Source of the DNA: Alphaproteobacteria bacterium
GTDB lineage: Bacteria; Pseudomonadota; Alphaproteobacteria; UBA9219; RGZA01
Direction: 5' to 3'
DNA: 64,000 nucleotides
NCBI GenBank assembly: GCA_021732145.1
Contig: JAKFVN010000017.1
Span: 91,661-155,660, forward strand
Made by a program: the position numbers and the translations under genes. This document shows positions 49,915 to 60,847 of this stretch, one piece after another. Numbering within the stretch: position 1 is the first letter of the stretch; the number at the start of each line of letters is the position of its first letter. Under the pieces are notes generated by a model. It searched no databases. It had not been told where the DNA came from and saw nothing but the letters and a program-made list of their open reading frames with translations.

Positions 49915-52146
49915 TTAATCTTTAAAGCGATTGCTTCTTGGGAAGCCTTGCGGTGGCAGGCGGCCTGCTTGCGCGCGTTCGCCGCGCCATTCCTTCAAAT
50001 CGGTGAAAGCATAGTTGCGGCCATTATTGGTGCAATTCAGGCCATCCTTGTACGTAAAGGTCGCCACGTCGGAAAGCCCGCCATCCTTATACTTTTGCAG
50101 GATAACGCCTTTGCCGCGCGCCATTTCCGGCACTTCCTCAATCGGGAATAACAGCAGCTTGCGGTTGGTGCCAATCACGGCAACCGTATCGCCTTGCACT
50201 TCGCAATACGCAACGGCGCGTTCGGGCGCTTCCACATTCAAAATCACTTTGCCATTCTTGGTTTGCGCCAATACGTCTTCGGCTTTCACGATGAAGCCGC
50301 GACCTTCATTGCTTGCAACCAGATATTTGTGCTCCGGATTATACACCGCAAGCGCCAGAATATCCGCATCATTCGGCAAATCCAGCATCAGGCGAACGGG
50401 CTCACCATAACCACGCCCACGCGGCAGCTTGTCGCCGCCCAGCGTGTAGAAGCGGCCATTGCTGGCGAACAGCAAAATCTTATCCGTCGTTTCGGCTTGC
50501 AGCATAAGGGCATGCTCATCGCCCTCCTTATATTGCAGGGTCTTGGCATCAATGTTGTGCCCGCGCATCGCGCGTACCCAGCCCTTGGCGGAAAGGAAGA
50601 TGCTGATGGCTTCGCGTTCAATCATTGCCTCAATCGGAACATCGGCAATTTCAGGCGCGGTTTCAAACTTGGTGCGGCGCTTATCGCCAGCCTTTTTGCC
50701 AAAGCGCTCTTTAATGCCGGCAATTTCACCATCAATGTGCTGCCAGCGCAGCTTTTCATCGGCCAATAATTTTTTCAAGCCAGCCTTTTCCGCGGACAGG
50801 CTTTTTTCTTCGCCCTTGATTTCCATTTCTTCCAATTTGCGCAATGAACGAAGGCGCATGTTCAAAATGGCATCGGCCTGATTATCGGTCAGCTTGAAGG
50901 TCTTTATCAAAATTGGCTTGGGTTCATCATTTTCACGAATGATTTTGATAACCTTATCGAGATTGAGATAGGCGATAAGGTACCCTGCCAATAATTCCAG
51001 ACGCGCTTCAATCTTATCCAGACGGAATTTGGAACGGCGGATAAGCACCTGCTGGCGGTGGTCAAGAAATGATTGCAGCAATTCGCGCAAATTCATCACG
51101 CGCGGAATGCCATTGGCATCCAGCACGTTCATGTTAATGGAGAAGCGTGTTTCCAATTCGCACGTACGGAACAGGGATTCCATCAGCACATTGGGTTCTA
51201 CATTCTTGCTCTTGGGCACCAGAACAATACGGATGTCATCGCTGGATTCATCGCGGATATCATCCAGCAGCGGAACCTTCTTATTGGTAATCAGCTCCGC
51301 AATCTTTTCAATCAATCTGCCTTTTGGCACCTGATAGGGAATTTCCTTGATGATAATTTGCCATGTGCCGCGCGCTTGTTCTTCCATTTCCCATACTGCG
51401 CGCATGCGAATGCTGCCGCGGCCGGTCTTATAGGCTTCCTTGATACTGGCGGCGGGTTCCACAATCACGCCGCCGGTCGGGAAATCAGGGCCGGGCATGA
51501 AACTGAGCAATTTATCAAACCCGACATTTGGCGTGGTGATAAGGTAACGCAGCGCATCGCAAATTTCGGAAATGTTATGTGGCGGGATGGATGTCGCCAT
51601 GCCCACGGCAATACCGCTTGCGCCGTTTGCCAATAAATTCGGGAATGCGGCCGGCAATACAACGGGTTCGTTGCCATCGCCGTCATAGGTGGCGCGGAAA
51701 TCAACGGCATTTTCATTCATGCCTTGCAGCAAGGCCTGCGCCACATCGGTTAGCTTGGCTTCAGTATAACGCATGGCGGCTGCATTATCGCCATCCACGT
51801 TGCCGAAATTGCCCTGCCCGCTGATTAAGGGATAGCGAACCGAGAAATCCTGTGCCAAACGCACTAATGCTTCGTAAACCGCCACATCGCCATGCGGGTG
51901 GAATTTACCGATAACATCGCCCACCACGCGGGCGGATTTTTTAGGTGGCAGGTTTGGTTCCAACCCCAATTCATTCATCGCATGCATCAAACGGCGGTGA
52001 ACGGGTTTTAACCCGTCGCGCACATCGGGCAGCGAGCGGGAGGTGATGGTGGAAAGGGCATAGGCGAGATAACGTTCGCCCAATAAATCCGCAAAGGGTT
52101 TTTCTAAAATATCATTCGCAGGAACAAGGGCAGTTGCTTTGGCCAT
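49915..52146 (-). CDS. parC: DNA topoisomerase IV subunit A
   Basis: 743 aa. [14 protein letters not shown] region. Its length and the lack of a GyrA-box C-terminal extension favour ParC over GyrA. Confidence 0.8.
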   Translation of the reverse strand: MAKATALVPANDILEKPFADLLGERYLAYALSTITSRSLPDVRDGLKPVHRRLMHAMNELGLEPNLPPKKSARVVGDVIGKFHPHGDVAVYEALVRLAQDFSVRYPLISGQGNFGNVDGDNAAAMRYTEAKLTDVAQALLQGMNENAVDFRATYDGDGNEPVVLPAAFPNLLANGASGIAVGMATSIPPHNISEICDALRYLITTPNVGFDKLLSFMPGPDFPTGGVIVEPAASIKEAYKTGRGSIRMRAVWEMEEQARGTWQIIIKEIPYQVPKGRLIEKIAELITNKKVPLLDDIRDESSDDIRIVLVPKSKNVEPNVLMESLFRTCELETRFSINMNVLDANGIPRVMNLRELLQSFLDHRQQVLIRRSKFRLDKIEARLELLAGYLIAYLNLDKVIKIIRENDEPKPILIKTFKLTDNQADAILNMRLRSLRKLEEMEIKGEEKSLSAEKAGLKKLLADEKLRWQHIDGEIAGIKERFGKKAGDKRRTKFETAPEIADVPIEAMIEREAISIFLSAKGWVRAMRGHNIDAKTLQYKEGDEHALMLQAETTDKILLFASNGRFYTLGGDKLPRGRGYGEPVRLMLDLPNDADILALAVYNPEHKYLVASNEGRGFIVKAEDVLAQTKNGKVILNVEAPERAVAYCEVQGDTVAVIGTNRKLLLFPIEEVPEMARGKGVILQKYKDGGLSDVATFTYKDGLNCTNNGRNYAFTDLKEWRGERAQAGRLPPQGFPRSNRFKD

Positions 52147-52162
52147 TTAAACAAAATCCGAA

Positions 52163-52927
52163 TCACGAAACAGACAATAAAGGTTGCGGCGCAACCATAC
52201 GTTGTTTATTGACCAAATCAAGCACGCGTTCACGCTTTGCAGCCAGCTGGTTTAACGCATAGCTGGGCAAATGGTGAAACACGTGTCGTTCAATAAAATA
52301 GCCTGTTAATGCAAGGCCCGCGGCAATGTCATCCCATGATGGAATCAACGTCTTGTGCATAAAATCAGGGAGGATAAGCAGCTTCTCGGCCCAAGGCTGC
52401 GCGGCTGCGCGGTTCACAGCGCGGCCCGTCTTGGGGCTGACATAGGCCAGATCATCACGCGTTCCCGTTAATGCGCAGCGACTGAAATCAAGCCCATAAC
52501 CCAGTGCGCATAAGACTTCATTTTCAAACCGTACATAGCGCGCCAAATCATCCGCGCCTTCGTCCAATGGCAATAAATCGGAAATGCTTTGGAATAATCC
52601 CGTAAGCGGCATGCGTTCCGGTGTTGTCAAATCAACCAGCGCGCATGCGCTAAGCAGTGTCGCAAGGCCAAGCGGGCTATGCATCAGATTGGCTGAATTG
52701 TTTTTAATCGCTTCGCCGTTAAAGCTGCCCAGATGCTCGGAAAGCCGCGCGCGCCATGTGGCGTTGACAAGATGCCCGGGTTGCCAATGCGCTGAATGCT
52801 TTTGGGATTGCCCGCCGCGCACCAATCCCGCAAAGCGGCCATGTTCTTCAGTGAGCACACTAATCACGGCATCGCGTTCGCCAAAGGCGCGAAAGCTCAG
52901 CACATAAGCGGTGGCAGACCAATTCAT
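52163..52927 (-). CDS. recO: DNA repair protein RecO
   Basis: 254 aa, N-terminal OB fold starting MNWSATAYVLSFRAFGE. Confidence 0.85.
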   Translation of the reverse strand: MNWSATAYVLSFRAFGERDAVISVLTEEHGRFAGLVRGGQSQKHSAHWQPGHLVNATWRARLSEHLGSFNGEAIKNNSANLMHSPLGLATLLSACALVDLTTPERMPLTGLFQSISDLLPLDEGADDLARYVRFENEVLCALGYGLDFSRCALTGTRDDLAYVSPKTGRAVNRAAAQPWAEKLLILPDFMHKTLIPSWDDIAAGLALTGYFIERHVFHHLPSYALNQLAAKRERVLDLVNKQRMVAPQPLLSVS

Positions 52928-52989
52928 GGGGTATAATGCGGATATGAATAAATGAAATAAGGCAACGCGATGCCTTGGAATCTAATCCG

Positions 52990-55104
52990 TTACATGCTTT
53001 GTTGCAAGATGCGGTTCGCAGGCAAGATGATAGTCACCGTTGTGCCAACGCCAACCGTGCTGGCGATAGTCAGCGTGCCATCATGCAATTCAACCAATGC
53101 CTTGGTCAGTGGCAAGCCAAGGCCCGTGCCTTGATGCTTGCGGCTCAATGCCGATTCAATCTGGCCGAATGGTGCCAGCACCACCTCAATATGCTCCTGC
53201 GCAATGCCGATGCCCGTATCCTGCACGCTTAAATGCATCGTGCCATTGGCGTTCATCTCGCCGTTCACCGTAATGCTGCCGCCTTCCGGCGTAAACTTAA
53301 TCGCATTGGTCAGAAGGTTCACGATGATTTGCTTGAAGGCGCGCTCTTCGCCGCGGAAATCGGGAAAGTCTTTTGGAATTTTTACAATCAAATGCTGCTT
53401 GCTCATCTTCGCGCGGGAAGCCACGAGGCGCAGCGCGGTTTGCACCACGCGGCTGATGTTGATAACACTTTCTGCCAGATCGCGCTTGCCCGCTTCAATC
53501 TTCGACATATCCAGAATATCGTTAATCAGCGACAGCAACAACTCGCCGCTATCGTAAATGTCTTTCGCGTATTCAACATATTGCTGCTGGCCAACCTTGC
53601 CAAATAATTCATCCTTGATGATTTCGGAAAAGCCGATGATGGCGTTGAGCGGCGTGCGCAATTCATGGCTCATGTTCGCCAGGAATTCCGATTTGCTGCG
53701 GTTGGCATAATCGGCCTGTTCTTTAGCGGTAATCAGTGCCTGTTCACTGCGGCGGCGCTGCGTAATATCGTTAAAAGTTGCCTCAAAATGCAATAATTGT
53801 CCGTTTTCATTGCGCACGACATGGCTGTTAATGCTGGCCCAGATAATCTCGCCATCTTTGCGGCACATCGCTGCTTCGAAATCGCGTACCAATCCTTCAT
53901 GGCTTGTGTCGGTAATCCATTTCTCGCGCTGAGCAGCATCCACAAACAGCTTATTATGGAAATCCGGCTGGCTTGCCAGCAATTCCACCACATCGCGATA
54001 ACCAAGCAGCGTTGCCAGAATACGGTTTGCATTCAGCCATTCATTGCGCGGGGAAATCTGGCAAATGCCGATACTGGCGTTTTCGAAAATGGCGCGGTAT
54101 TTACGCTCGCTTTCACGAAGCGCTGCCGCCATCAATTCACCTTCCACGATACGCTGTTCAAGCTCACTCACCGTTTTGGTCAGCGATTGCGCCAGCGCAT
54201 TCACTTCATTGCCGCGCTGGTCGGTGTTCCATAAATTATAGCCAACCAGAAACGTGATCAGTAATCCCGCCAGCAATGCGACATAGGGCAGCACGATAAC
54301 CCATAAAATGAATTTATCGGGTGACGCGCCAAAGCGCAGCGATAGCGCAATATCGCCGATATACAGCGATATGTCGCCGCGGATAAGCGCGCTGAATCCT
54401 TCGCTGCCAGATACTGCAATATGCGCAAGGCGCTTCGTGCCATCAGGCGTATAAAGCGCCAATTCATCGAGCGAGCTGTTCGACAATACCGTTTTTATGT
54501 CATCCAGAAATTTTTGCACGTTCAGCGCGGCAAACACATGCGGCACGTCATAGCTATTGTTTTTTTGAATGCCGCGTTCGGAAAGAACCAGGTAAGTTGA
54601 CTTCCATTCACCCTTGCGCGGAAAGTCGCCCACAAAAATCCGCTCATTCAGTTTTTTGCCATCGGCAATCGCATCATTCCATTCCCTTGGCAGTTGCGGC
54701 AAGTCAATGTTCATCGCATTTTCGCCAAGCTGCGTCACGCTATCTTTCTTGACGATAAAGAACGAGAGATAGGGAAGGTTATCCGCCTGGTCATCAAACA
54801 GCTTGGAGATTTCTTCACCGCGCAGCCCGTTATTTTGCAGCAATGTATTTTGAATATGCACCAAAAGCCCCAATTGCTTTTGTGCCTGTTCCTGTTCCAG
54901 CATCACCAGCTTGTGCGTGACATCGGCCAGCTGTGCGCTGACATACCATTGCCCGAACAGCTGCATCATCCAGAACAGCGCAAAGGATATGACAAGGCCA
55001 ATCGCGGCAACCGGCACCACAAACCGCGTAGAATTATAATCAATGCCCGTTTCTTTCCGGGCATCGTCAGAGGATGATTGAAAGGTCGATTGCAAATCGG
55101 TCAT
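52990..55104 (-). CDS. Membrane sensor histidine kinase with periplasmic-type sensor and PAS domain(s)
   Basis: Two TM segments flank an extracytoplasmic region. PAS region. H-box EFLANMSHELRTPLNAI. HATPase N/G boxes. Confidence 0.8.
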   Translation of the reverse strand: MTDLQSTFQSSSDDARKETGIDYNSTRFVVPVAAIGLVISFALFWMMQLFGQWYVSAQLADVTHKLVMLEQEQAQKQLGLLVHIQNTLLQNNGLRGEEISKLFDDQADNLPYLSFFIVKKDSVTQLGENAMNIDLPQLPREWNDAIADGKKLNERIFVGDFPRKGEWKSTYLVLSERGIQKNNSYDVPHVFAALNVQKFLDDIKTVLSNSSLDELALYTPDGTKRLAHIAVSGSEGFSALIRGDISLYIGDIALSLRFGASPDKFILWVIVLPYVALLAGLLITFLVGYNLWNTDQRGNEVNALAQSLTKTVSELEQRIVEGELMAAALRESERKYRAIFENASIGICQISPRNEWLNANRILATLLGYRDVVELLASQPDFHNKLFVDAAQREKWITDTSHEGLVRDFEAAMCRKDGEIIWASINSHVVRNENGQLLHFEATFNDITQRRRSEQALITAKEQADYANRSKSEFLANMSHELRTPLNAIIGFSEIIKDELFGKVGQQQYVEYAKDIYDSGELLLSLINDILDMSKIEAGKRDLAESVINISRVVQTALRLVASRAKMSKQHLIVKIPKDFPDFRGEERAFKQIIVNLLTNAIKFTPEGGSITVNGEMNANGTMHLSVQDTGIGIAQEHIEVVLAPFGQIESALSRKHQGTGLGLPLTKALVELHDGTLTIASTVGVGTTVTIILPANRILQQSM

Positions 55105-55199
55105 AAACAGGAAGCGAGCAAGCAAGGCATCGGTTAGAAGCGTTGAACAAGTATCGCATAGATGGCATTAAAAAAAGCATTAAGAAAATTAAGGTTCAA

Positions 55200-56138
55200 C
55201 TAAGGCGCAGATTTTTCCCCGGCCTGCATTTCTTGCGTATTCAATGCTTTGGCGAGACGGCTTTGCGCTTCACCGGGCTTGAGTGGTTTTTGCTGGTTAT
55301 CGTGCGGTGCCCAGCCTGCAACGAATAAAACATCGAACGTCGCATCGATTTTTTCGGACGCGCCGATTTCCGATTTGCTAGCGTAACGATTTCTATAGAT
55401 ACGGTCTGCCTCGATGAATAGTTCGCTCGGCATAAACCGCTTATCGCGGGAGTTGAGGATATTGCTCTCGCCCATGCCACGCAACTCGCGCATCAACTGG
55501 AAACTGCTTTGATAGGTAAGGGTGAAGCGTTCCTTATCCACCACAGGCAATGTAAAGCCCGCGCGTTGCAGCAGGCTGCCGCAATCCTGAATATCGGCAA
55601 AGGGGGAGATGTGCTGGCTAACGCCGCCGCGCAATTGCATTTCTGCTTCGTATAGGCATTCGCGCAATTCACGCAAGGTTTCCCCGCCAAATAGCGCGCT
55701 TAGGAAAAAACCATCCGGTTTCAGCGCGCGGCGCATTTGAATAAGCGCGCCGGGCAAATCATTCGCCCAATGCAGATTTAGATTGCTGATAATCAAATCA
55801 AAAGACGCATCGCGGAATGGCAGCCATTCTTCATCCGCCACGCACACATGATGCGGCATAAGTTTTTTAACATCCGGCATGGCCGGCGCATGCACGATGA
55901 AGCGTGATGCGTCCTGTTTCGAAAGTGATTTTGAAAGCGAGAAATTACGTGATCCCAAATCCAGGATGCGGTTAAAGGAACGGTTGATGCCCTGCAACCG
56001 GTCAAGCAACTGCGTCGTTACTTCTTCGAACAAAACGTTATGGTCAGCGAAATTGGCCCGCGCGCGCTCACGGTTCTCGCGCAAGCGCTGGCGGTTAAAA
56101 AGCGCGGATGGTTGCGTATCGGGGCTGATTGCGTTCAT
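55200..56138 (-). CDS. Class I SAM-dependent methyltransferase (Methyltransf_11-like)
   Basis: ILDLGSRNF motif-I-like glycine-rich segment and FDLIISNLNLHW motif. Confidence 0.7.
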   Translation of the reverse strand: MNAISPDTQPSALFNRQRLRENRERARANFADHNVLFEEVTTQLLDRLQGINRSFNRILDLGSRNFSLSKSLSKQDASRFIVHAPAMPDVKKLMPHHVCVADEEWLPFRDASFDLIISNLNLHWANDLPGALIQMRRALKPDGFFLSALFGGETLRELRECLYEAEMQLRGGVSQHISPFADIQDCGSLLQRAGFTLPVVDKERFTLTYQSSFQLMRELRGMGESNILNSRDKRFMPSELFIEADRIYRNRYASKSEIGASEKIDATFDVLFVAGWAPHDNQQKPLKPGEAQSRLAKALNTQEMQAGEKSAP

Positions 56139-56175
56139 ATCACTTGTTTAGTAGATTTAGGCCAACACTAACCAA

Positions 56176-56976
56176 ATGGCCTTCATGATTCCAGTAGCAT
56201 CGTTTTTCCAGCAGTTACGGCAATCCACAGCGCGCAATCTTCATCAGGGGTTGAACGTGCTGCTGCCGCCCTTATGCGCCATGTGTGAAGAAATGGTTGG
56301 TGAAAGCCACGGCTTTTGTGGGAAATGCTGGCGCGGGTTTACATTTATTTCACCGCCTTTTTGTTCCTGCTGCGGTCTGCCATTTGAATATGAAGGCCAA
56401 GGATTAAATTCGGGCATCAATGATGCGGCGTTATGCGGCGCATGTCTTTTAGAACGGCCTGACTTCACTGTCGCGCGTGCGGCCCTCGTTTACAATGATG
56501 CCAGCAAAAATATGCTGCTGCCATTCAAGCATCAAGACCGAACGGATTATGCCCGCGCGCTTGCGCGCCTGCTTGGCAATGCAGGGCCGGCGATAATTGA
56601 AAAGGCGGATGCGTTATTGCCTGTGCCCTTGCATTTTTCGCGCCTGTTTTCGCGTCGTTATAATCAATCCGCATTATTGGTGCACCAGCTTGCAAAATTA
56701 TGTGGCAAGCGCATGGTGCTGCATGCGTTGATGCGCATCCGTTCCACGCAAAGCCAGGGGCATTTATCACGTGAACAACGTTATATGAACGTCAAAAATG
56801 CATTCCGGGTGCGGCCAAATGCGCTTGCGCAAATAGCAGGAAGAAACCTATTATTAATTGATGATGTGCTAACAACAGGTGCTACAGCCAATGCATGCGT
56901 CATGGCTTTGAAACAGGCGGGCGCAGCCAATGTGGATGTGTTGACGCTGGCACGGGTGGTCAAAACCAATAGTTAG
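56176..56976 (+). CDS. comF: ComF-family phosphoribosyltransferase-domain protein
   Basis: N-terminal Cys4 zinc finger (CAMC...CGKC), C-terminal PRT motif LLIDDVLTTGAT. Confidence 0.75.
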   Translation: MAFMIPVASFFQQLRQSTARNLHQGLNVLLPPLCAMCEEMVGESHGFCGKCWRGFTFISPPFCSCCGLPFEYEGQGLNSGINDAALCGACLLERPDFTVARAALVYNDASKNMLLPFKHQDRTDYARALARLLGNAGPAIIEKADALLPVPLHFSRLFSRRYNQSALLVHQLAKLCGKRMVLHALMRIRSTQSQGHLSREQRYMNVKNAFRVRPNALAQIAGRNLLLIDDVLTTGATANACVMALKQAGAANVDVLTLARVVKTNS

Positions 56977-57004
56977 GCCTATATTAATGGGCAGGGAGAT
57001 ATCT

Positions 57005-57262
57005 ATGGCGCAAGTCACCGTTTATTCAGGCCCGCATTGCCCGTATTGCGACCGTGCAAAGGCGTTGCTCAAAAAGAAAGGCGTTGCCTTTGACGTGATT
57101 GACGTGAAGGCCGATGCCGTGAAGTTCGAAGAAATGCTGGCGAAGTCAAACGGCAGACGCACCATCCCGCAAATTTTTATCAATGGCACCCATGTGGGCG
57201 GCTGCGATGACTTGCACGCGCTTGATGCCGCCGGAAAACTTGACTCCCTATTAGCAAATTAG
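57005..57262 (+). CDS. grxC: Glutaredoxin 3
   Basis: 85 aa, CPYC active site, start MAQVTVYSGPHCPYC. Confidence 0.85.
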   Translation: MAQVTVYSGPHCPYCDRAKALLKKKGVAFDVIDVKADAVKFEEMLAKSNGRRTIPQIFINGTHVGGCDDLHALDAAGKLDSLLAN

Positions 57263-57274
57263 GTTGGCCAGCTA

Positions 57275-58105
57275 ATGACAGCGCATCCCACACTCACCAT
57301 TTCTTGCATTCAGCTTAACTCGGTTCCCAGTCTTGCTGAAAACCTGAAAATTGCCGAAGGCCTTATTCGCCGTGCGAAGGAAGACGGCGCAGAAATGGTG
57401 GTGCTTCCTGAAAATCTTGGCTGCATGGCGCGTGAGCGCAAAGTAAAGCTTTCGCAGGCACATTCAGAAACCGAACATCCTGCGGTGGTATTGTTTGCAG
57501 CGCTGGCGCGTGAATTAAAAATCTGGATTGTCAGCGGCAGTTTGTCGATTACCAAGACGAATGATAAAATGGCGAACCGCAGTTTGGTGTTCAACCCATT
57601 TGGCGCAATTGTCGGGCGGTATGATAAAATCCATTTATATGATGCTACGCCAAAGCCCGGCGAGATTTACCGCGAGTCCGGTGAAATCGTGCCAGGCAAC
57701 AAAGCCGTGCTGGTTGAAACGCCGTGGGGCAAAATGGGCCTCACTATTTGCTATGACGTGCGTTTTCCACATCTTTATCGCGACCTTGCGAAAGCTGGCG
57801 CAGTCATGTTTACTGTTCCTGCTGCGTTCACGCAAACAACAGGAAAAGCGCATTGGCATACACTGTTACAGGCACGGGCAATTGAAACCGGATGCTTTGT
57901 ATTCGCAGCCGCGCAAACCGGAACCCATGATGGCGGGCGCAGAACCTATGGGCATAGCTTGATTATCTCGCCGTGGGGTGAAATTCTTGCCGATGGTGGC
58001 GAAGAAGTTGGCGTTATCACCGCCACAATTCAATTGAATAAAGTTGCAGAGGCGCGCAAAGCCATTCCTGCACTAAAACATGATAGAGACTTTGAATTAG
58101 AATAG
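57275..58105 (+). CDS. Carbon-nitrogen hydrolase (nitrilase superfamily)
   Basis: 276 aa. Catalytic E-K-C triad context (VVLPE, RYDKIHLY, ICYDVRFP). Confidence 0.85.
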   Translation: MTAHPTLTISCIQLNSVPSLAENLKIAEGLIRRAKEDGAEMVVLPENLGCMARERKVKLSQAHSETEHPAVVLFAALARELKIWIVSGSLSITKTNDKMANRSLVFNPFGAIVGRYDKIHLYDATPKPGEIYRESGEIVPGNKAVLVETPWGKMGLTICYDVRFPHLYRDLAKAGAVMFTVPAAFTQTTGKAHWHTLLQARAIETGCFVFAAAQTGTHDGGRRTYGHSLIISPWGEILADGGEEVGVITATIQLNKVAEARKAIPALKHDRDFELE

Positions 58106-58277
58106 GGATTTTTGATTTAGAATAGTTCCATACGCGGAATTTATAATAAATACGCTTGCACCCAATCCGAAATACTTCGTTAACTAATAAACGTTTAAAA
58201 TCAATGCACGATTATTGATCAATTGCGCTTACCAGCATTGAATTCATTCATTAGTCCCCCGAGTATCGAGGCACCCC

Positions 58278-60293
58278 ATGAATTTCCTGAATAATATCCG
58301 TTTGCTGCACAAAATCCTGATTATTGTAGGCATTTTGCTGCTGCCGCTCGCTTTTCAGCTTTATTGCGTTATCGATGCAAATAATGCGCTGATCAAGTTC
58401 AGCAAGGATGAATTAACCGGTGCAGAAATTCTGCTGCAGGTGCGCGACGTGGAAACGCAAGTGGCCAGAGGCCGCGTAAGCGAGATGCGTCATGAACGCG
58501 ATCCTTACGGTAAAATGCTCAGCGAATTTGCGGATGTAAAGAAAATTGCCGAAACCAGCCCTTGGATCAGCCATGATGATATCAAGAAATTTGAAAATGC
58601 AACCGATGCGGTCACGCGCCTTGATACCATTGCCAAAATCATTGGCGATGTTTCGGATAAATCAAACCTTACCCTCGATCCGGATGTGGATACCTATTAC
58701 ACGATGGATACCGTGACGATAAAAATTCCAAGCCGCATTATTGAAATGAGCGATGCGCATCTCGTGCTTTCCGAAGCCATTCAAATGGGGACATTGAATG
58801 AAGAAATGAAGCAGAAGATTTACCTGAAGCGTGCATTGCAGCAAAACTTCATTGATGGCCTTAGTGTAAACTTTGAAAAAAGCACCGCTGGTAACAGCGA
58901 TGGCGCATTAAAGCCCGCGCTTGAAATCTATTACCGCCAATCCGCGGATAAGGCGATGGCCATGATTAACATGATGACGGCTGCGCTGGCAAAAGGCGAT
59001 GCCAAGGATTTGTCGATGGAACGCCTTGATGCAGTCTATGCAGACTTCCTCAAGACCAACGAAACCTTGTGGGATAAATCCAGTGCTGAACTGGATCGCA
59101 TGATTAAAAAACGCATAGGCGGTTACGAAGCGAATGAGATTAAGAGCCTGGTTGTGACATTCGTGTTGCTGATGTTCGCATGGTTCGTGATGTATCTTGT
59201 TGCAAGTTCCATCACCAAGCCTGTTTCCGAACTGGTGCAGGTGATGGGCCGCCTTGCCAAGGGTGAAGCAAACCTTGTTGTTCCTGGCCAGGAGCGCAAG
59301 GAAGAAGTAGGTGATATTGCTCGCGCGGTCGTTGGCATTAGCGAAAGCGTTGCCGCGCGTTCCAAGAAGGAAGCCGATGCCAAAGCATTGGCGGAAGAAC
59401 AACGCCGTCAGGAAGCGCAACAACTGGAACATATGGCTGCCGTTGAACGCAAGAAGGCCATGAACGACATGGCTGACCGTTTTGAATCAAGCGTTGGCAG
59501 CGTCGTTGATACCGTTTCATCCGCTGCAACCGAGCTTCGTTCCAGCGCGGAAAGCATGACGCATATCTCAAACCAAACCACAGACCGCGCAACGGCCGTT
59601 GCCGCAGCAACCGAAGAAGCAACCGCATCGGTGCAAACCGTTGCAACCGCTTCTGAACAATTACTCTCAGCGATTAACGAAATTTCGCAAAAGGTTGAAG
59701 AATCCGCTGGCTTCACGCGCCAGGCGGTAAGCCGCGCGCAGGCCACCAATGTCACCGTGGAAGGCCTTGCGGAATCCGCAAAGAAAATCGATAACGTCGT
59801 GAAGATGATTCAAGACATCGCATGGCAAACCAATTTGCTGGCCTTGAACGCAACCATTGAAGCGGCCCGTGCCGGTGATGCCGGTAAAGGCTTTGCGGTG
59901 GTGGCAGCGGAAGTGAAGAACCTTGCCGACCAAACATCGAAAGCAACCGTTGATATCTCCGAGCAGATTTCAAACATGCAACACAATACGCAGGATGCGG
60001 TGAAGGCGATTAAGGACATCTCCAGCCAGATTGGCCAGATTAATCAGATTTCCGAAAGCATTGCCGCCGCGGTCGAAGAACAATCGGCATCGACGAAGGA
60101 AATCGCGCTTAATGTGCGTCAGGCTTCAACGGGCACGCAGGAAGTTGCCAAGAACATCGTGGAAGTCAGCCGCGCATCAAGCGAATCAGGCGAAGCCGCT
60201 TCGCAGGTGCTTGGGGCATCTGGCGAACTCTCGAAGAAATCGGAACAATTGCGCGGCTTGGTTGAAGAATTCATCGCGCAAATCCGCGGCTAA
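58278..60293 (+). CDS. Methyl-accepting chemotaxis protein
   Basis: N-terminal TM, extracytoplasmic ligand-binding region, second TM, HAMP. Highly conserved MA signalling domain ([32 protein letters not shown]). Confidence 0.85.
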   Translation: MNFLNNIRLLHKILIIVGILLLPLAFQLYCVIDANNALIKFSKDELTGAEILLQVRDVETQVARGRVSEMRHERDPYGKMLSEFADVKKIAETSPWISHDDIKKFENATDAVTRLDTIAKIIGDVSDKSNLTLDPDVDTYYTMDTVTIKIPSRIIEMSDAHLVLSEAIQMGTLNEEMKQKIYLKRALQQNFIDGLSVNFEKSTAGNSDGALKPALEIYYRQSADKAMAMINMMTAALAKGDAKDLSMERLDAVYADFLKTNETLWDKSSAELDRMIKKRIGGYEANEIKSLVVTFVLLMFAWFVMYLVASSITKPVSELVQVMGRLAKGEANLVVPGQERKEEVGDIARAVVGISESVAARSKKEADAKALAEEQRRQEAQQLEHMAAVERKKAMNDMADRFESSVGSVVDTVSSAATELRSSAESMTHISNQTTDRATAVAAATEEATASVQTVATASEQLLSAINEISQKVEESAGFTRQAVSRAQATNVTVEGLAESAKKIDNVVKMIQDIAWQTNLLALNATIEAARAGDAGKGFAVVAAEVKNLADQTSKATVDISEQISNMQHNTQDAVKAIKDISSQIGQINQISESIAAAVEEQSASTKEIALNVRQASTGTQEVAKNIVEVSRASSESGEAASQVLGASGELSKKSEQLRGLVEEFIAQIRG

Positions 60294-60334
60294 TAAAGCT
60301 CCAATAAAACTCTAATAAAGCTCTAATAAAGCTA
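60291..60334. repeat. Tandem repeat, 11 bp x 4 (TAATAAAGCTC / CAATAAAACTC / TAATAAAGCTC / TAATAAAGCTa)
   Basis: Directly readable. Begins with the MCP stop codon. Each unit carries TAA TAA, so stops fall in all three frames across the array. Confidence 0.85.
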
Positions 60335-60394
60335 TTGAGTCGCAAACCGTTCTCGAACATCATTCAGGCTCTCTCTTATCCGGTTAGCCCAGCG

Positions 60395-60847
60395 ATGTTG
60401 GAATACATTCCTAATAAACCTACCGAAAAATCATGGCTTGCGCTGGTGGTCGATGACCACACCTATATGCGCAGCCTTGTACGCACCATGTTGCAGCAAA
60501 TCGGTTTCAAGCAGGTGGAGGAGTTTGATAACGCAGAAGCTTGCCTTGCCCGCGTTGGCATGAAAGAAGCCCATGTTCCTGATTTGATTTTCCTCGATTG
60601 GCACATGCAGGGCATGGATGGTTACGCGTTTTGCAATGCTGTGCGTCTTGATAAAGACATCCGCGCCAAGCACATTCCCATCATCATGGTTACGGGCGAA
60701 CAAGACCCCATGCTGCTGGAACAAGCGATGGATTTGGGCGTGAAGGCTATTTTGAATAAACCGGTATCATTGCCCAAATTGAAGGAAGCCATACGCGTCG
60801 CGCTTGCCAGCGCAGTGCCCGCCGAACCGAAAAAGACGGAGAGCTAA
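60395..60847 (+). CDS. Single-domain CheY-like response regulator receiver
   Basis: LVVDD acidic pocket, phospho-Asp in FLDWHM, conserved T and K (MVTGE... KPV). The track ORF starts at 60335. Confidence 0.75.
   Translation: MLEYIPNKPTEKSWLALVVDDHTYMRSLVRTMLQQIGFKQVEEFDNAEACLARVGMKEAHVPDLIFLDWHMQGMDGYAFCNAVRLDKDIRAKHIPIIMVTGEQDPMLLEQAMDLGVKAILNKPVSLPKLKEAIRVALASAVPAEPKKTES

Noticed and set aside
60291-60334. 11-bp tandem repeats as a CRISPR array
   Set aside because: The units are only 11 bp and directly abutting with no spacers, and there are no cas genes. This is a simple tandem repeat.
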